Shown piece by piece: positions 1-8,342 of a stretch of DNA of 17,077 bases. A program made the position numbers and the translations under genes. The DNA lies in assembly GCA_041946805.1 (NCBI GenBank), contig JBHGBC010000132.1:1-17077 (forward strand), given 5' to 3'. The notes below the pieces were generated by a model. It saw only the letters and a program-made list of their open reading frames with translations. It searched no databases and had not been told where the DNA came from. How positions within the stretch are numbered: position 1 is the stretch's first letter; every line of letters begins with the position of its first letter. This DNA is from a bacterium. GTDB taxonomy: Bacteria > Hinthialibacterota > Hinthialibacteria > Hinthialibacterales > Hinthialibacteraceae.

Positions 1-85
1 TAGGGGCGGACCTTGGTGTCCGCCCTCGCCCCGTGGCGGATGGAATCCATTTTACTTCTTCAGGTACACACTTCCCGGATGAACC
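1..85 (+). mobile_element. MITE family A, right part (cut by window start)
   Basis: Ungapped match of 70/85 nt to 14879-14963. Contains the REP hairpin GGGCGGAC-CTTGGT-GTCCGCCC and ends in the right TIR GTACACACTTCCCGGATGAACC. Confidence 0.85.
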
Positions 86-109
86 TAATTCCATCGAGGG
101 AGACTGCGC

Positions 110-1159
110 GTGAAAGTTCTAGTTACGGGTTCGAGCGGCTTGATCGGATCGGAAGTGGTGGAGTATTTCGATCCGCGCGTGGAACACATCATCGGCGTGG
201 ACAACAACATGCGGGCCGACTTTTTCGGCCCCCCGGGCGACACCACCTGGAACCTGGCGCGGCTGCGGTCGGTCACGCGGCATTTCACACCGGTGAACCT
301 GGATATCCGCGGCCGCCCTGGCGTGCTGCGCCTGTTCGAAGAGAATCCTTTCAACTTGGTGGTGCACTGCGCGGCGCAGCCTTCGCACGACTTGGCCAAG
401 GATCGCCCGTTCGACGATTTCGACGTGAACGCGGGGGGGACGCTCAACCTGCTGGAAGCCGTCCGCCGCCACTGCCCCGAGGCGGTGTTTGTGTTCATGA
501 GCACCAACAAGGTGTACGGCGACGCGCCCAACGAAATCCCCCTGCGGGAACTGGAAAAACGCTGGGAGTACGCCGATCCCGCCGATTGGGAAGGAATCGA
601 TGAATCCATGCGCGTCGACCGCTCCAAGCACAGCCTGTTTGGCGCGTCCAAGGTGGCGGCGGATATCCTGGTGCAGGAATACGGCCGCTATTTCGGCATG
701 AAAACCGCGTGCCTGCGCGGCGGCTGCCTTACCGGCCCCCATCATTCCGGCGTGGAATTGCATGGTTTCCTGAACTATTTGATCAAGGCCAACCTGGAAG
801 AACGCGTCTACAAGATCTTCGGTTATAAGGGCAAGCAGGTGCGGGACAATATCCACTCCTACGACGTGGCCCGGGCGATCGAGGAAATCGCGCGCAATCC
901 CCGCTGCGGCGAAGTGTACAATATCGGGGGCGGGCGGTCCAATTCCTGCTCCATCCTGGAAGCGTTCGAACGGGCGGAGGCGGTCACGGGCAAGAAGATG
1001 CGGTATGAATACGTCGAAACCAACCGGGAAGGCGACCACATCTGCTACATCTCCAACCTGGGCAAGCTGAAATCCCACTATCCCGGCTGGGAGATCACCA
1101 AAAGCCTGGACGACATCTTCGAGGAGACCGCGCGGAGTTTGACGGAACGGAATAAATAA
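110..1159 (+). CDS. NAD-dependent nucleotide-sugar epimerase/dehydratase (extended SDR, CDP-paratose 2-epimerase/RfbE-like)
   Basis: GTG start with GAGGGAG RBS. Motifs: Rossmann [33 protein letters not shown]. The YxxxK motif reads FGASK. Confidence 0.9.
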   Translation: MKVLVTGSSGLIGSEVVEYFDPRVEHIIGVDNNMRADFFGPPGDTTWNLARLRSVTRHFTPVNLDIRGRPGVLRLFEENPFNLVVHCAAQPSHDLAKDRPFDDFDVNAGGTLNLLEAVRRHCPEAVFVFMSTNKVYGDAPNEIPLRELEKRWEYADPADWEGIDESMRVDRSKHSLFGASKVAADILVQEYGRYFGMKTACLRGGCLTGPHHSGVELHGFLNYLIKANLEERVYKIFGYKGKQVRDNIHSYDVARAIEEIARNPRCGEVYNIGGGRSNSCSILEAFERAEAVTGKKMRYEYVETNREGDHICYISNLGKLKSHYPGWEITKSLDDIFEETARSLTERNK

Positions 1160-1194
1160 AGTAACTGTTTACCGGTTTGCAGCGCTGCTTTTGA

Positions 1195-1240
1195 GCGCCA
1201 ACGGCGCGGCATGAGCATAGCCCAGGGCGTAAGCCCTGGG
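1195..1240 (+). repeat. Family C REP-like double hairpin
   Basis: GCGCC-AAC-GGCGC (1195-1207), then ATAG, then CCCAGGGC-GTAA-GCCCTGGG (1221-1240). Same geometry as 13689-13734. Confidence 0.7.
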
Positions 1241-1260
1241 AAAAAGATGACAACAGGATG

Positions 1261-1390
1261 ATTCCCCTCTCCCTCGGGGAGAGGGCCAGGGTGAGGGAAT
1301 TTTTACAGAAGCGGACCTTGGTGTCAGCCCGGATTATCGAGTGGGTGGAATGCCTTCTTCACCATCAGTTACGCACTTGTCGGATGAACC
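1261..1390 (+). mobile_element. MITE family A, degenerate copy lacking the left end
   Basis: BoxC-like CCCCTCTCCCTCGGGGAGAGGGCCAGGGTGAGGG, REP-like GCGGACCTTGGTGTCAGCCC and right TIR TACGCACTTGTCGGATGAACC, in the same order and similar spacing as 14835-14963. Confidence 0.8.
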
Positions 1391-1393
1391 TTT

Positions 1394-1795
1394 TTATCTC
1401 CCCTTGAGCACCCACGCCCGGGGATTGTGCTCGAAGCCGAGCTTGGGGTAATACTCGTTCGCCAGGGGGGCGGCCAGGAGCACGATCATGCACTCCGGCC
1501 ACAGCCGCTGCCGCGTCTCTTCGATCAGGCGCTTGCCGATGCCCTGCTTCTGGTACTCGGCGTCCACGGCCAGGTCCGCGAGATAGGCGGTGTACGCCCA
1601 ATCGGTCAGCGAGCGCGCGATGCCCACCAGGCGCTCGCCATCCCAAGCCGTGATGGTGAGGTTGGCGTGCTGCAGCATTTCCGCGAAGATGTCCGGCCGG
1701 TCCACGGGCCGCCGTTCGCCCAGGGTGGACCGGTTGTATAACTCGATCGCGGCTTCCACGGTGACCGGGGTGTTTACGCGATAGTCGATGTCCAT
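1394..1795 (-). CDS. GNAT family N-acetyltransferase
   Basis: 133 aa with LVGIAR..D...AYLADLAV, acetyl-CoA motif QKQGIG and YYPKLGF. An AAGGA RBS lies in the end of the upstream ORF. Confidence 0.92.
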   Translation of the reverse strand: MDIDYRVNTPVTVEAAIELYNRSTLGERRPVDRPDIFAEMLQHANLTITAWDGERLVGIARSLTDWAYTAYLADLAVDAEYQKQGIGKRLIEETRQRLWPECMIVLLAAPLANEYYPKLGFEHNPRAWVLKGR

Positions 1796-1798
1796 GCG

Positions 1799-2095
1799 TC
1801 AATCCTTGGCCTTCGGTTTGGTTTTGGACCGCAGCCACTCCACCTCTGCTTTCAATTGATCCACTTGGCGCTGTAATTTGCTGATCGGTTCATCAGGTTT
1901 CATTGAATCGATTTCCCCGCCCCGGCGGAATGCTTCCGGTAAGAGATCCAACAATTGTTTCTTCCAACGGGAAACTTGATGGGGATGAATTCCATACCGG
2001 CCGGCGATTTCTTTGATGGTTCCCTCGCCCCGGACTGCTTCCAACACCACTTGGGCCTTGAATTCACTGTCGTATCGCCGCCGAGCTCGTATCAT
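1799..2095 (-). CDS. IS3-family OrfA-like helix-turn-helix protein, without OrfB (remnant or stand-alone)
   Basis: MIRARRRYDSEFKAQVVLEAVRGEGTIKEIAGRYGIHPHQVSRWKKQ plus coiled coil LQRQVDQLKAEVEWL is the typical HTH_Tnp_1 pattern. ATG at 2095 with AGAAAGG upstream is preferred over the track start at 2227. Confidence 0.8.
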   Translation of the reverse strand: MIRARRRYDSEFKAQVVLEAVRGEGTIKEIAGRYGIHPHQVSRWKKQLLDLLPEAFRRGGEIDSMKPDEPISKLQRQVDQLKAEVEWLRSKTKPKAKD

Positions 2096-2259
2096 GGTGG
2101 CAAGCCTTTCTGGAATTCTCCGGATGGCAGGTCTCCTTGCCAAGGTGAACATCATCCAATCATCAACTACCCTCGATACCTGATCCATGATACCATTTTT
2201 TACCTTGGACTGGATTCCCGAATCCAAGGGCTGAACCGGGGAGAAAAAGGGAAGGGATC

Positions 2260-2841
2260 ATGAAGAAACAAGGTTTTACATTGATTGAATTGTTGATCGT
2301 CGTGGCCATCATCGGGATTCTGGCGGCCATCGCCGTGCCCAACTTTCTCAACGCCCAGGTGCGCGCCAAGGTGGCCCATGCCCAATCGGATATGCAGTCC
2401 CTCAGCACGGCGTTGGAAATGTATCACATGGACAACAACCATTACCCGTATTGGGTGAAAGCGGATGGATCCTACGTCAATCCCTTGCCCGCCCGTTTCT
2501 ATCCTCTGACGACGCCGATCGCCTACATGTCTTCCGTCCCCCAGGATCCCTTCATCTACGGACCGCCCGGCGCCCGGATCAATGAGAACCAAGACGCGGC
2601 CTACACCACCTACGATTACGTGGAATCCCGGGGCTCGATCCAATTCGCCGGCGTGACCGTGCTGCCCCCCTCCCGGCGCTGCGCGGAATGGCGGCTCTCC
2701 AGCGCCGGCCCCGATGGAACCAACACCTATGGCAATTATTACTCTTACGATGCCTCGAATGGCTTGCGCAGCTTCGGGGATATCGTCCGCACCGGCCCCC
2801 GCATGTCCTTCCCGTGCGACAGCACGCTGGTGGAGAAGTAG
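2260..2841 (+). CDS. Prepilin-type N-methylation domain protein (GspG-like pseudopilin)
   Basis: Class III signal MKKQG|FTLIELLIVVAIIGILAAIAVPNF, followed by ALEMY..DN..YP, DPF and SAGPDG motifs. Purine-rich RBS GGAAGGGA. Confidence 0.9.
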   Translation: MKKQGFTLIELLIVVAIIGILAAIAVPNFLNAQVRAKVAHAQSDMQSLSTALEMYHMDNNHYPYWVKADGSYVNPLPARFYPLTTPIAYMSSVPQDPFIYGPPGARINENQDAAYTTYDYVESRGSIQFAGVTVLPPSRRCAEWRLSSAGPDGTNTYGNYYSYDASNGLRSFGDIVRTGPRMSFPCDSTLVEK

Positions 2842-2856
2842 AGTTTTCTCTATCGC

Positions 2857-2987
2857 CAACGAAGCGGCAAAAAGAAAATAAGACTGAGTTGTTCCATAAA
2901 TTGTAGCGCAGGCGTCCCGCCTGCAACTCTGTTATATACAAATAAGATGTCTAAACCACCATAAAGTGACTTTTTGCCGCTCCATCC
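2857..2987 (+). mobile_element. MITE-like family B, copy 1
   Basis: Terminal IR GAAGCGGCAAAAAG (2861-2874) / CTTTTTGCCGCTCC (2970-2983). Internal GTAG-tagged hairpin GCAGGCG-TCC-CGCCTGC (2903-2924). About 74% identical to 13826-13959. Confidence 0.75.
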
Positions 2988-3250
2988 TACATGAGAAAAA
3001 AAGCATGACGCGCCTATTTCAATCGTTTCAGGCCGATTCTTTTCACTTGTGCTTCCCCTAAAGATCTTGATTATTGGATTGTCAATAGAAATCGGCCACA
3101 TCCAGGAAAAACGAGGTTTTTCCCTTCGGGGGTAGGTAGGGTAAGTTTCAGTAATTTCCAGTTTCAGAAAGATAATATTTTTGTTTTTTGATTGATTCCA
3201 TGCTGATCGCCCCTTTCTATTGCGGGGAGATGAAAATCATCGGAAAAAAC

Positions 3251-3326
3251 TGGGGTGGCTGATGGGATTTGAACCCACGGCCACTGGAGCCACAATCCAG
3301 TGCTCTACCGCTGAGCTACAGCCACC
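3251..3326 (-). tRNA. tRNA-His (GUG)
   Basis: Reverse complement GGTGGCTGTAGCTCAGCGGTAGAGCACTGGATTGTGGCTCCAGTGGCCGTGGGTTCAAATCCCATCAGCCACCCCA. Anticodon arm CTGGA-TTGTGGC-TCCAG, T-loop GTTCAAATC, encoded G-1 pairing with C73, encoded CCA. Confidence 0.98.
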
Positions 3327-3438
3327 ACAATTCGGGCAGTCGGGATTAGGATAAACCAAAACAAATCCTATCTCCGAAAACCGTTTTCGGCAAGACGCGC
3401 CTCTCGCCCACGGATATCCGCCATCCACGCATGATTTT

Positions 3439-4587
3439 TTAGGTTTCGTGGACCTGCCGATACACCGCCTCGGTCTGGCTCACCATCCGGGGGAGCGAGA
3501 AGCGTTGGGACAGGGTCCGCCGGGCGTTCTCGACGATTGCCGGGAGTTCGTGGGCGGAATGCAGCGCCCGCTGGATGGCGGAGGCGAGACCCTCGGCGGA
3601 ATCGTCGGCCAGGTAGCCGTTGACCCCATGCTGGACCAGATCGCGGGACCCGGATACGTCGGTGGCGATCACGGGAGTTCCCGCGTTCCAGGCTTCGAGG
3701 ATGGTCAGGGGCAGGCCTTCCCACCGGGAAGGGAGTACGAACAGATCCATGAGGGCGTAGAGATATTGGGCGTTGGGGCGGTTGCCGGTGAAAACGCAAT
3801 GCTCCGCGATCCCCAGGCGTTGGGCCTGTTGTTCCAATCGAGCCCGGTCCGGCCCGTCGCCGACGATCAACAGATAGAGGTTGTTCCGGTGACGGCAGAG
3901 CAAGTGAAAGGCCTGGAGTAGCCGGTCCACGCCCTTTTGCCAATGCAGGCGGGCCACGGCGCCGATGACGTAACTGTCTTGCGGAAGGGCCAGGGCCTCG
4001 CGGATGGTCCGGCGGAGCAGTTGGATTTCCCCGGCCTTGCGGGCGCGGTCGGGCACCGCGTTTTCGACGAGATAGGTCCGGGGCGCCGCGGAGGGCACGG
4101 CGTGGAGAAACTCGGCGCGGGTGCTGGCGGAGACGCAGATGAACGCGGCGGCCAACGGCGCGAGCCTCCGTTCCCATGCGTCGAAGAGGCGGCGGGACAG
4201 GGAATTGCGGTAATGCGCGGGATGGTATCCGTGCAGCGTGTAGACGAGCGGGGGCGCATCCCGGACTAGCAGCCGGGCGGGCCGGGCGATGGAGGCGGCT
4301 CGGTGGCCATGGGCATGGACGTGAGTCAGGCCGCCGGCCGCCATCCGGTGGCTGAGGAAGGCAGCGGCTTCCCACGGAGCCGGGGAATGCAAGGGTACCT
4401 CGTGGAAGGGAATTTCCCGCGCGAGGATTTTCGCCCGGATCGGGGGATCGTCGTCCGGCGCGGCGATTTCCACGGCATGGCCCAGCGCCTGCAAGCGGGA
4501 GGAGAGCCAAAAGACATGCCACGCGGCCCCTCCCCGCAGAGACGCCACAACCTGGAGAATATGGAAAGGAGCATTCAAGGGCATCAC
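3439..4587 (-). CDS. Glycosyltransferase family 4 (GT-B)
   Basis: GGAAWH N-terminal motif, ARLHWQKG, IVGDGP and the EX7E motif PSRWEGLPLTILEA. Start is GTG 4587 or ATG 4584. Confidence 0.93.
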   Translation of the reverse strand: MMPLNAPFHILQVVASLRGGAAWHVFWLSSRLQALGHAVEIAAPDDDPPIRAKILAREIPFHEVPLHSPAPWEAAAFLSHRMAAGGLTHVHAHGHRAASIARPARLLVRDAPPLVYTLHGYHPAHYRNSLSRRLFDAWERRLAPLAAAFICVSASTRAEFLHAVPSAAPRTYLVENAVPDRARKAGEIQLLRRTIREALALPQDSYVIGAVARLHWQKGVDRLLQAFHLLCRHRNNLYLLIVGDGPDRARLEQQAQRLGIAEHCVFTGNRPNAQYLYALMDLFVLPSRWEGLPLTILEAWNAGTPVIATDVSGSRDLVQHGVNGYLADDSAEGLASAIQRALHSAHELPAIVENARRTLSQRFSLPRMVSQTEAVYRQVHET

Positions 4588-4602
4588 CGCGGATCCCTGC
4601 CG

Positions 4603-5511
4603 TCAGGCCCCGGGTTTTTTCCAAGCATTGCGAAGAATCAACCACGAGACGCCGCGCTCGAAACCGGAACGCCGGCCCACCAGCCATCGCAGGAGTTGTT
4701 TGCCAGTGAGGTACAAGCGCAATGTGAACAGGTTCCAGAATCCCAAGTGTTTTCTGGTGAAATAACACTGGCTGTAGCGGTATTCGATTTCGGCTCCTTC
4801 GGGATCCTGCTCCACACTGGCCCCATGGGCGTGGGTGATCCGCACTTCGGAAGTGTGGTATATCAGGAGGCCCTTCTCCTTGGCCCGCAGGCACCAATCG
4901 ATATCCTCGAAAAACAAAAAGAAATTCGCGTCCCAGGGACCTAGGCTTTCGGCGGTGGAACGGGCGAAGAACATGCACGAACCGGAAACCCAATCCACCG
5001 GACGGGTGGTGCAGGCCTCGGCCAGCACGGTCTGTTTCGCCCAGGGCTCGCGGTCGGCCAGCGCGCGGTCCAGCCGGCGGCGGCGGGCTTCCGCCTGGGG
5101 AGTGGGAAACGAACCCCAAGTGAGTTGGGGGAAGCCGTCTTCCTCGAGATGGAGGGGCGCGAGGATTCCAGGGAAATCCAACCGTTCCCAAATTCGCGCC
5201 AGAGAGGCGACGGCATCGGGCGTGATCAGGACATCGCTGTTCAACAACAGGATCTCCCGGTTGCGGGTGGCGGCGATCCCTTCATTCACGGCCGCGGCAT
5301 AACCATCGTTGGTGGCCCGCGCGATCAGACGCACGGAGGGGAATTGCGTTTCCACCAGTTCCACGCTGCCGTCGGTGGATTGATTGTCGACCACGGTGAC
5401 GGCGTATTGGCCGCGCCGGGAAAGCACTGTGGGATTTTTCCGCGCCAGCTCCAGCAATAACGCTTTCAGATGGGATATGCAGTTGTAATTGATGATCAGG
5501 ATATCGATCAC
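4603..5511 (-). CDS. Glycosyltransferase family 2 (WbbL/rhamnosyltransferase-like GT-A)
   Basis: IIN.N, VVDNQSTDGS, GYAAAVNEG, LLLNSD, VSGSCM and FFEDIDWC motifs. Ends 15 nt upstream of the GT4 gene, so probably co-transcribed. Confidence 0.92.
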   Translation of the reverse strand: MIDILIINYNCISHLKALLLELARKNPTVLSRRGQYAVTVVDNQSTDGSVELVETQFPSVRLIARATNDGYAAAVNEGIAATRNREILLLNSDVLITPDAVASLARIWERLDFPGILAPLHLEEDGFPQLTWGSFPTPQAEARRRRLDRALADREPWAKQTVLAEACTTRPVDWVSGSCMFFARSTAESLGPWDANFFLFFEDIDWCLRAKEKGLLIYHTSEVRITHAHGASVEQDPEGAEIEYRYSQCYFTRKHLGFWNLFTLRLYLTGKQLLRWLVGRRSGFERGVSWLILRNAWKKPGA

Positions 5512-5528
5512 GATCGGCTTTTTTCTTT

Positions 5529-5709
5529 TCGATTCCGTATATGTAATCCGCTCACTCCATTGTATTAATGGACATCGAGGTCCGCCCCTTCATCAATCCT
5601 TACCCCCACCCTCTCCCATAAAGGGTGAGGGAGAATGAAAGAGAGGTTGTTGACTTTGATGGATAACGCCACGCGCTAATCCATCCTGCAACTGCTTGTC
5701 AGATAAATC
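5529..5709 (-). mobile_element. MITE family A, strongly degenerate inverted copy
   Basis: Minus strand shows TIR-like GATTTATCTGACAAG (12/15 to GGTTCATCCGACAAG), then BoxC-like CCCTCACCCTTTATGGGAGAGGGTGGGGGTAAGG, then AGGGGCGGACCTCGATGTCC, GGAGTGA and GGAATCG, in the same order as the intact copy. Boundaries are approximate. Confidence 0.6.
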
Positions 5710-5777
5710 CCCAAATTGCAATCCCTTCTCTTTTCTTGAACCCGCGCGCATCCCCGATCCTTTGGAATTGTAGTCAT

Positions 5778-5842
5778 AAAAAATCCCCGGGTCAGGTCTC
5801 CGGGCGGAATCGAAGCGATCCGCCGGGCTGACCCGGGAATTT
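5778..5842 (-). terminator. Probable intrinsic terminator after the DUF6807 gene
   Basis: 10-bp stem CCCGGGTCAG (5786-5795)/CTGACCCGGG (5828-5837) with an inner GGCGG/CCGCC stem, followed on the minus strand by TTTTTT. About 25 nt after the stop codon. Confidence 0.55.
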
Positions 5843-5867
5843 GGAATCGACACCCCCTGGAATATTC

Positions 5868-7136
5868 TCAGCGGAGGACCGTCTTGGGCGCTTCCGCGAA
5901 ATTGGCGTATTTTTCGGCCACGCGGGCTTCTTTCAGGTCCCCGGCATGGATGAAGACGCGGTAACGAAGATGCCAGGTTTCGCCGTTTTTCAAAATCCGG
6001 CTGCCGTCCTGCGATTTATCGATGAAATCGGAAAGACCGAACGGATTGGCGGTGAAGAGGCCGTAGTCGCGGACATGATAATGGGTGGGATAAAAGGGAT
6101 TCTGGGGATGATCCATGATGGTCAAACCCCCCGTGAGGTTGCCCACCGGGCCGCTGTAGTCGCACCAGGGAGCCGCCTTGCCCCAGGCTTCCTTGGTGCC
6201 CGTCTGCCCGTTGGCGTTGATGATGACGCCGCCTTTTTCATACTGGCCGGGCCCTTGGGTTTCCTGGAGGCTGGTGGCGACCCGCAGAGAGACCAATCCG
6301 CCTTCCTTGGTGTCGCCGAATTTCACGTCGCCCTCGGTGGCTTTGAATGTCATGTCGAAATCGACCATGCGGGCTGTGTCGGGAGTCCCCCAAATGGTGA
6401 TCACGCGTTGTTCTTCCAAAAGTTTCTTCCCGTCCTTGTCCGTCCAGTCGTTCTTGGCGGTGATCCGTCCCGCGACGGGAGTGGCGGTGGTGGTGATCTC
6501 TTTTTGCTGCGTGTAGCCGTGGTTTTCACCTATGGACCACAAATCGATCCCGTTGATGCTGCCGTGGGCAACCCACATGGATTGGTGATGAGGATGGTCT
6601 TCCGACTCCTTGTCGAACTTCTCCATGGGAAAGCCCCGGGTCATGCGCACGCCCTGGGGGCCGAAGAGGGGATAGAAGATCGGCCAGGGTTTTTTGGGAT
6701 TCGTGGTGTAATCGTAGGTCGTAAAAGGCGCTTCGCCGATGGTGACCACCACCCGGCCTTCCAAGGATTCGAGTTGGACGGGATGACTGGCCGCCGCTTC
6801 GCCTTCCAGGATCTGATACACCCGGTTTTCCCAGGCGTCCAGGTGGTTGACGATCAGAGCCAGTTCCACGCCCGTTCCCGCCGGTAAAACGGCCAGCGGA
6901 GCGGTTTCTTCCTCACTGACCGCGCGCAGGGGTTTGCCCGAGACCGCCAACGCGTGCAGCACGGAATCGGCAGGGACCGGCACGGTGACCGGGCATAGAT
7001 CCCGGGCCTTAGGCCCCGCGCTGATGGTCAATTCCGCCTTTTCGCCCACGGCGTAACCGGCCGAGGAAAGGCCGCCTCCCACGATCAGCATTGTCATCAA
7101 AAACCTGGTGACCATACGATACGATTTTTGCACCAT
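5868..7136 (-). CDS. Exported DUF6807 / 'PmoA'-family (PF14100-like) protein; not methane monooxygenase
   Basis: ATG at 7136 with GGGAGG RBS and a signal-peptide-like N-terminus. Family motifs YPL, TRGFP, DHPHH, DTKEGG, AWGKAAPWCDYSG, DHPQNP and RDYGLF.ANPFG. Confidence 0.82.
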   Translation of the reverse strand: MVQKSYRMVTRFLMTMLIVGGGLSSAGYAVGEKAELTISAGPKARDLCPVTVPVPADSVLHALAVSGKPLRAVSEEETAPLAVLPAGTGVELALIVNHLDAWENRVYQILEGEAAASHPVQLESLEGRVVVTIGEAPFTTYDYTTNPKKPWPIFYPLFGPQGVRMTRGFPMEKFDKESEDHPHHQSMWVAHGSINGIDLWSIGENHGYTQQKEITTTATPVAGRITAKNDWTDKDGKKLLEEQRVITIWGTPDTARMVDFDMTFKATEGDVKFGDTKEGGLVSLRVATSLQETQGPGQYEKGGVIINANGQTGTKEAWGKAAPWCDYSGPVGNLTGGLTIMDHPQNPFYPTHYHVRDYGLFTANPFGLSDFIDKSQDGSRILKNGETWHLRYRVFIHAGDLKEARVAEKYANFAEAPKTVLR

Positions 7137-7326
7137 TGGATAACCTCCCCCGGTTATGGATGAACTCATTTTCATCGACATTCTGGTTGATGGATAGTCA
7201 TTGCCGGGTGTTTGCACGCGGTTTTTTCAAGGATCCCTGAGGCAGGCCAACTGCCCGCGCCACGGATTTCCCTCACCCGGGCTCTCTCCAAGTGAAAGAA
7301 TCAAGAAGACCAAGGCCTCTTTTCCA

Positions 7327-7352
7327 CCGGGGCGCGGAATGGCGCGCCCCGG
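7327..7352. other. GC-rich 10-bp hairpin downstream of the sugar epimerase gene
   Basis: CCGGGGCGCG-GAATGG-CGCGCCCCGG. No U-tract in the direction of transcription, so its role is uncertain. Confidence 0.35.
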
Positions 7353-7394
7353 CCCGTCAAGTTGTATCCCTTTATTTTCCAATCGGTTCCACCA

Positions 7395-8225
7395 TCAGGC
7401 CGCGAATACTTTTTTCAAATACTCCAGGCTACTGCGGGCAATGGTTTCGCCCCCTTCGGAATAATCGAAAACCTCGACGGACACGTAACCATCGTACCCA
7501 ATCTCCCGGAGGGCCGCCGCGATGGGCCGGAAGTCGACATCGCCCGTCCCTGGACCCCGCCGGTTGCGGTCGTTGGCGTGAAAATGTTTCAGCACATCCC
7601 GGTTTTGCCGGATGACCTCGGCGTGATGGACGTATTCCCCTCCGCAGATGGCCTTGGCGTCGAGATGCAGCCGGAAATTCGGGTGATCAACCGCCCGGAT
7701 GAGTTCCCGGGTGTCGCGGGCGCTGTTCATGAAGTTGGTCTCGGCGTGCGTCAGAGGTTCGAAACAGATGGTTACGCCGTTCTCCCGGCAGGTCTCCATG
7801 CACCCTTGGAAAAATTCCACCGTACGGGCGAAGACGTCCTGGTACCAATCAGCCGGGTCCCAGTTTCGCTGCTTGGGCGAACCGTGGACCATGATCGAGC
7901 CGCCCAGATCGGCGCAGAAACGGATGAGATCTTTGTAATAATCCTGAGTTTGCTTCCGGATGGCGGCATCGGGACAATTGATGTGCAACTCCTTCGCTAC
8001 GCCCGGGGGAACGACCAGCAGCCAGTGGAGGCCGATGATTTCCACTCCCGCGTCCTCGGCGGTTTGGCGAATTTCGTTCCGTTCCCGGGCGGAGATTTCG
8101 GTCACCAGTTTCCCCAGGGTGAAGGGGGCCACCTCGATGCCGGCGTATCCACAACGGCCGGCGCACCGGCAGGCGGCGGTAACTGCTTGATCCTGAAAGG
8201 TTTCATTGCAGATCGCGAATTTCAT
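7395..8225 (-). CDS. Sugar phosphate isomerase/epimerase (xylose-isomerase-like TIM barrel, D-tagatose 3-epimerase family)
   Basis: MKFAICNETF start at 8225 after GGAGG tracts. Metal-ligand motifs FEPL, HLD, HFHAND.NR.GPG.G and SVEVF. Confidence 0.9.
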   Translation of the reverse strand: MKFAICNETFQDQAVTAACRCAGRCGYAGIEVAPFTLGKLVTEISARERNEIRQTAEDAGVEIIGLHWLLVVPPGVAKELHINCPDAAIRKQTQDYYKDLIRFCADLGGSIMVHGSPKQRNWDPADWYQDVFARTVEFFQGCMETCRENGVTICFEPLTHAETNFMNSARDTRELIRAVDHPNFRLHLDAKAICGGEYVHHAEVIRQNRDVLKHFHANDRNRRGPGTGDVDFRPIAAALREIGYDGYVSVEVFDYSEGGETIARSSLEYLKKVFAA

Positions 8226-8342
8226 CCCTCCCCCTCCTTTCCTTCCATATCCCCTTCTGCGCAAACCGGCGCTCAACTCAAACCTAACTTTGTAAAAATC
8301 AAGCCGTTTTGTGAGTTACAAACCAAGGCGGATGGTTCGATC

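Noticed and set aside
1221..1245. Intrinsic terminator for the epimerase
   Set aside because: The hairpin is followed by A5, not a U-tract, and is better explained as part of repeat family C.
1161..1372. GTAACTG...CAGTTAC as the ends of another element
   Set aside because: Only 7 bp match, the right arm overlaps the family A TIR, and there is no target duplication.
1394..2095. GNAT toxin-antitoxin pair
   Set aside because: The GNAT is a short generic type unlike the AtaT/TacT toxins, and the partner is IS3-OrfA-like rather than an RHH/DUF1778 antitoxin.
1394..3326. Genomic island integrated at tRNA-His
   Set aside because: No integrase and no duplicated tRNA 3' end (att site) were found in the window.
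3368..5191. 607-aa minus-strand ORF
   Set aside because: Arg/Pro/Gly-rich off-frame shadow overlapping two well-supported glycosyltransferases.
5868..7136. Particulate methane monooxygenase subunit pmoA
   Set aside because: This is a soluble exported beta-rich DUF6807-type protein, not polytopic, and pmoB/pmoC are absent. The family name is misleading.
8289..8322. Operator-like inverted repeat TTTGTAA-N20-TTACAAA upstream of the sugar epimerase
   Set aside because: Short arms with a long spacer in AT-rich DNA, a single occurrence and no regulator nearby, so it could be chance.
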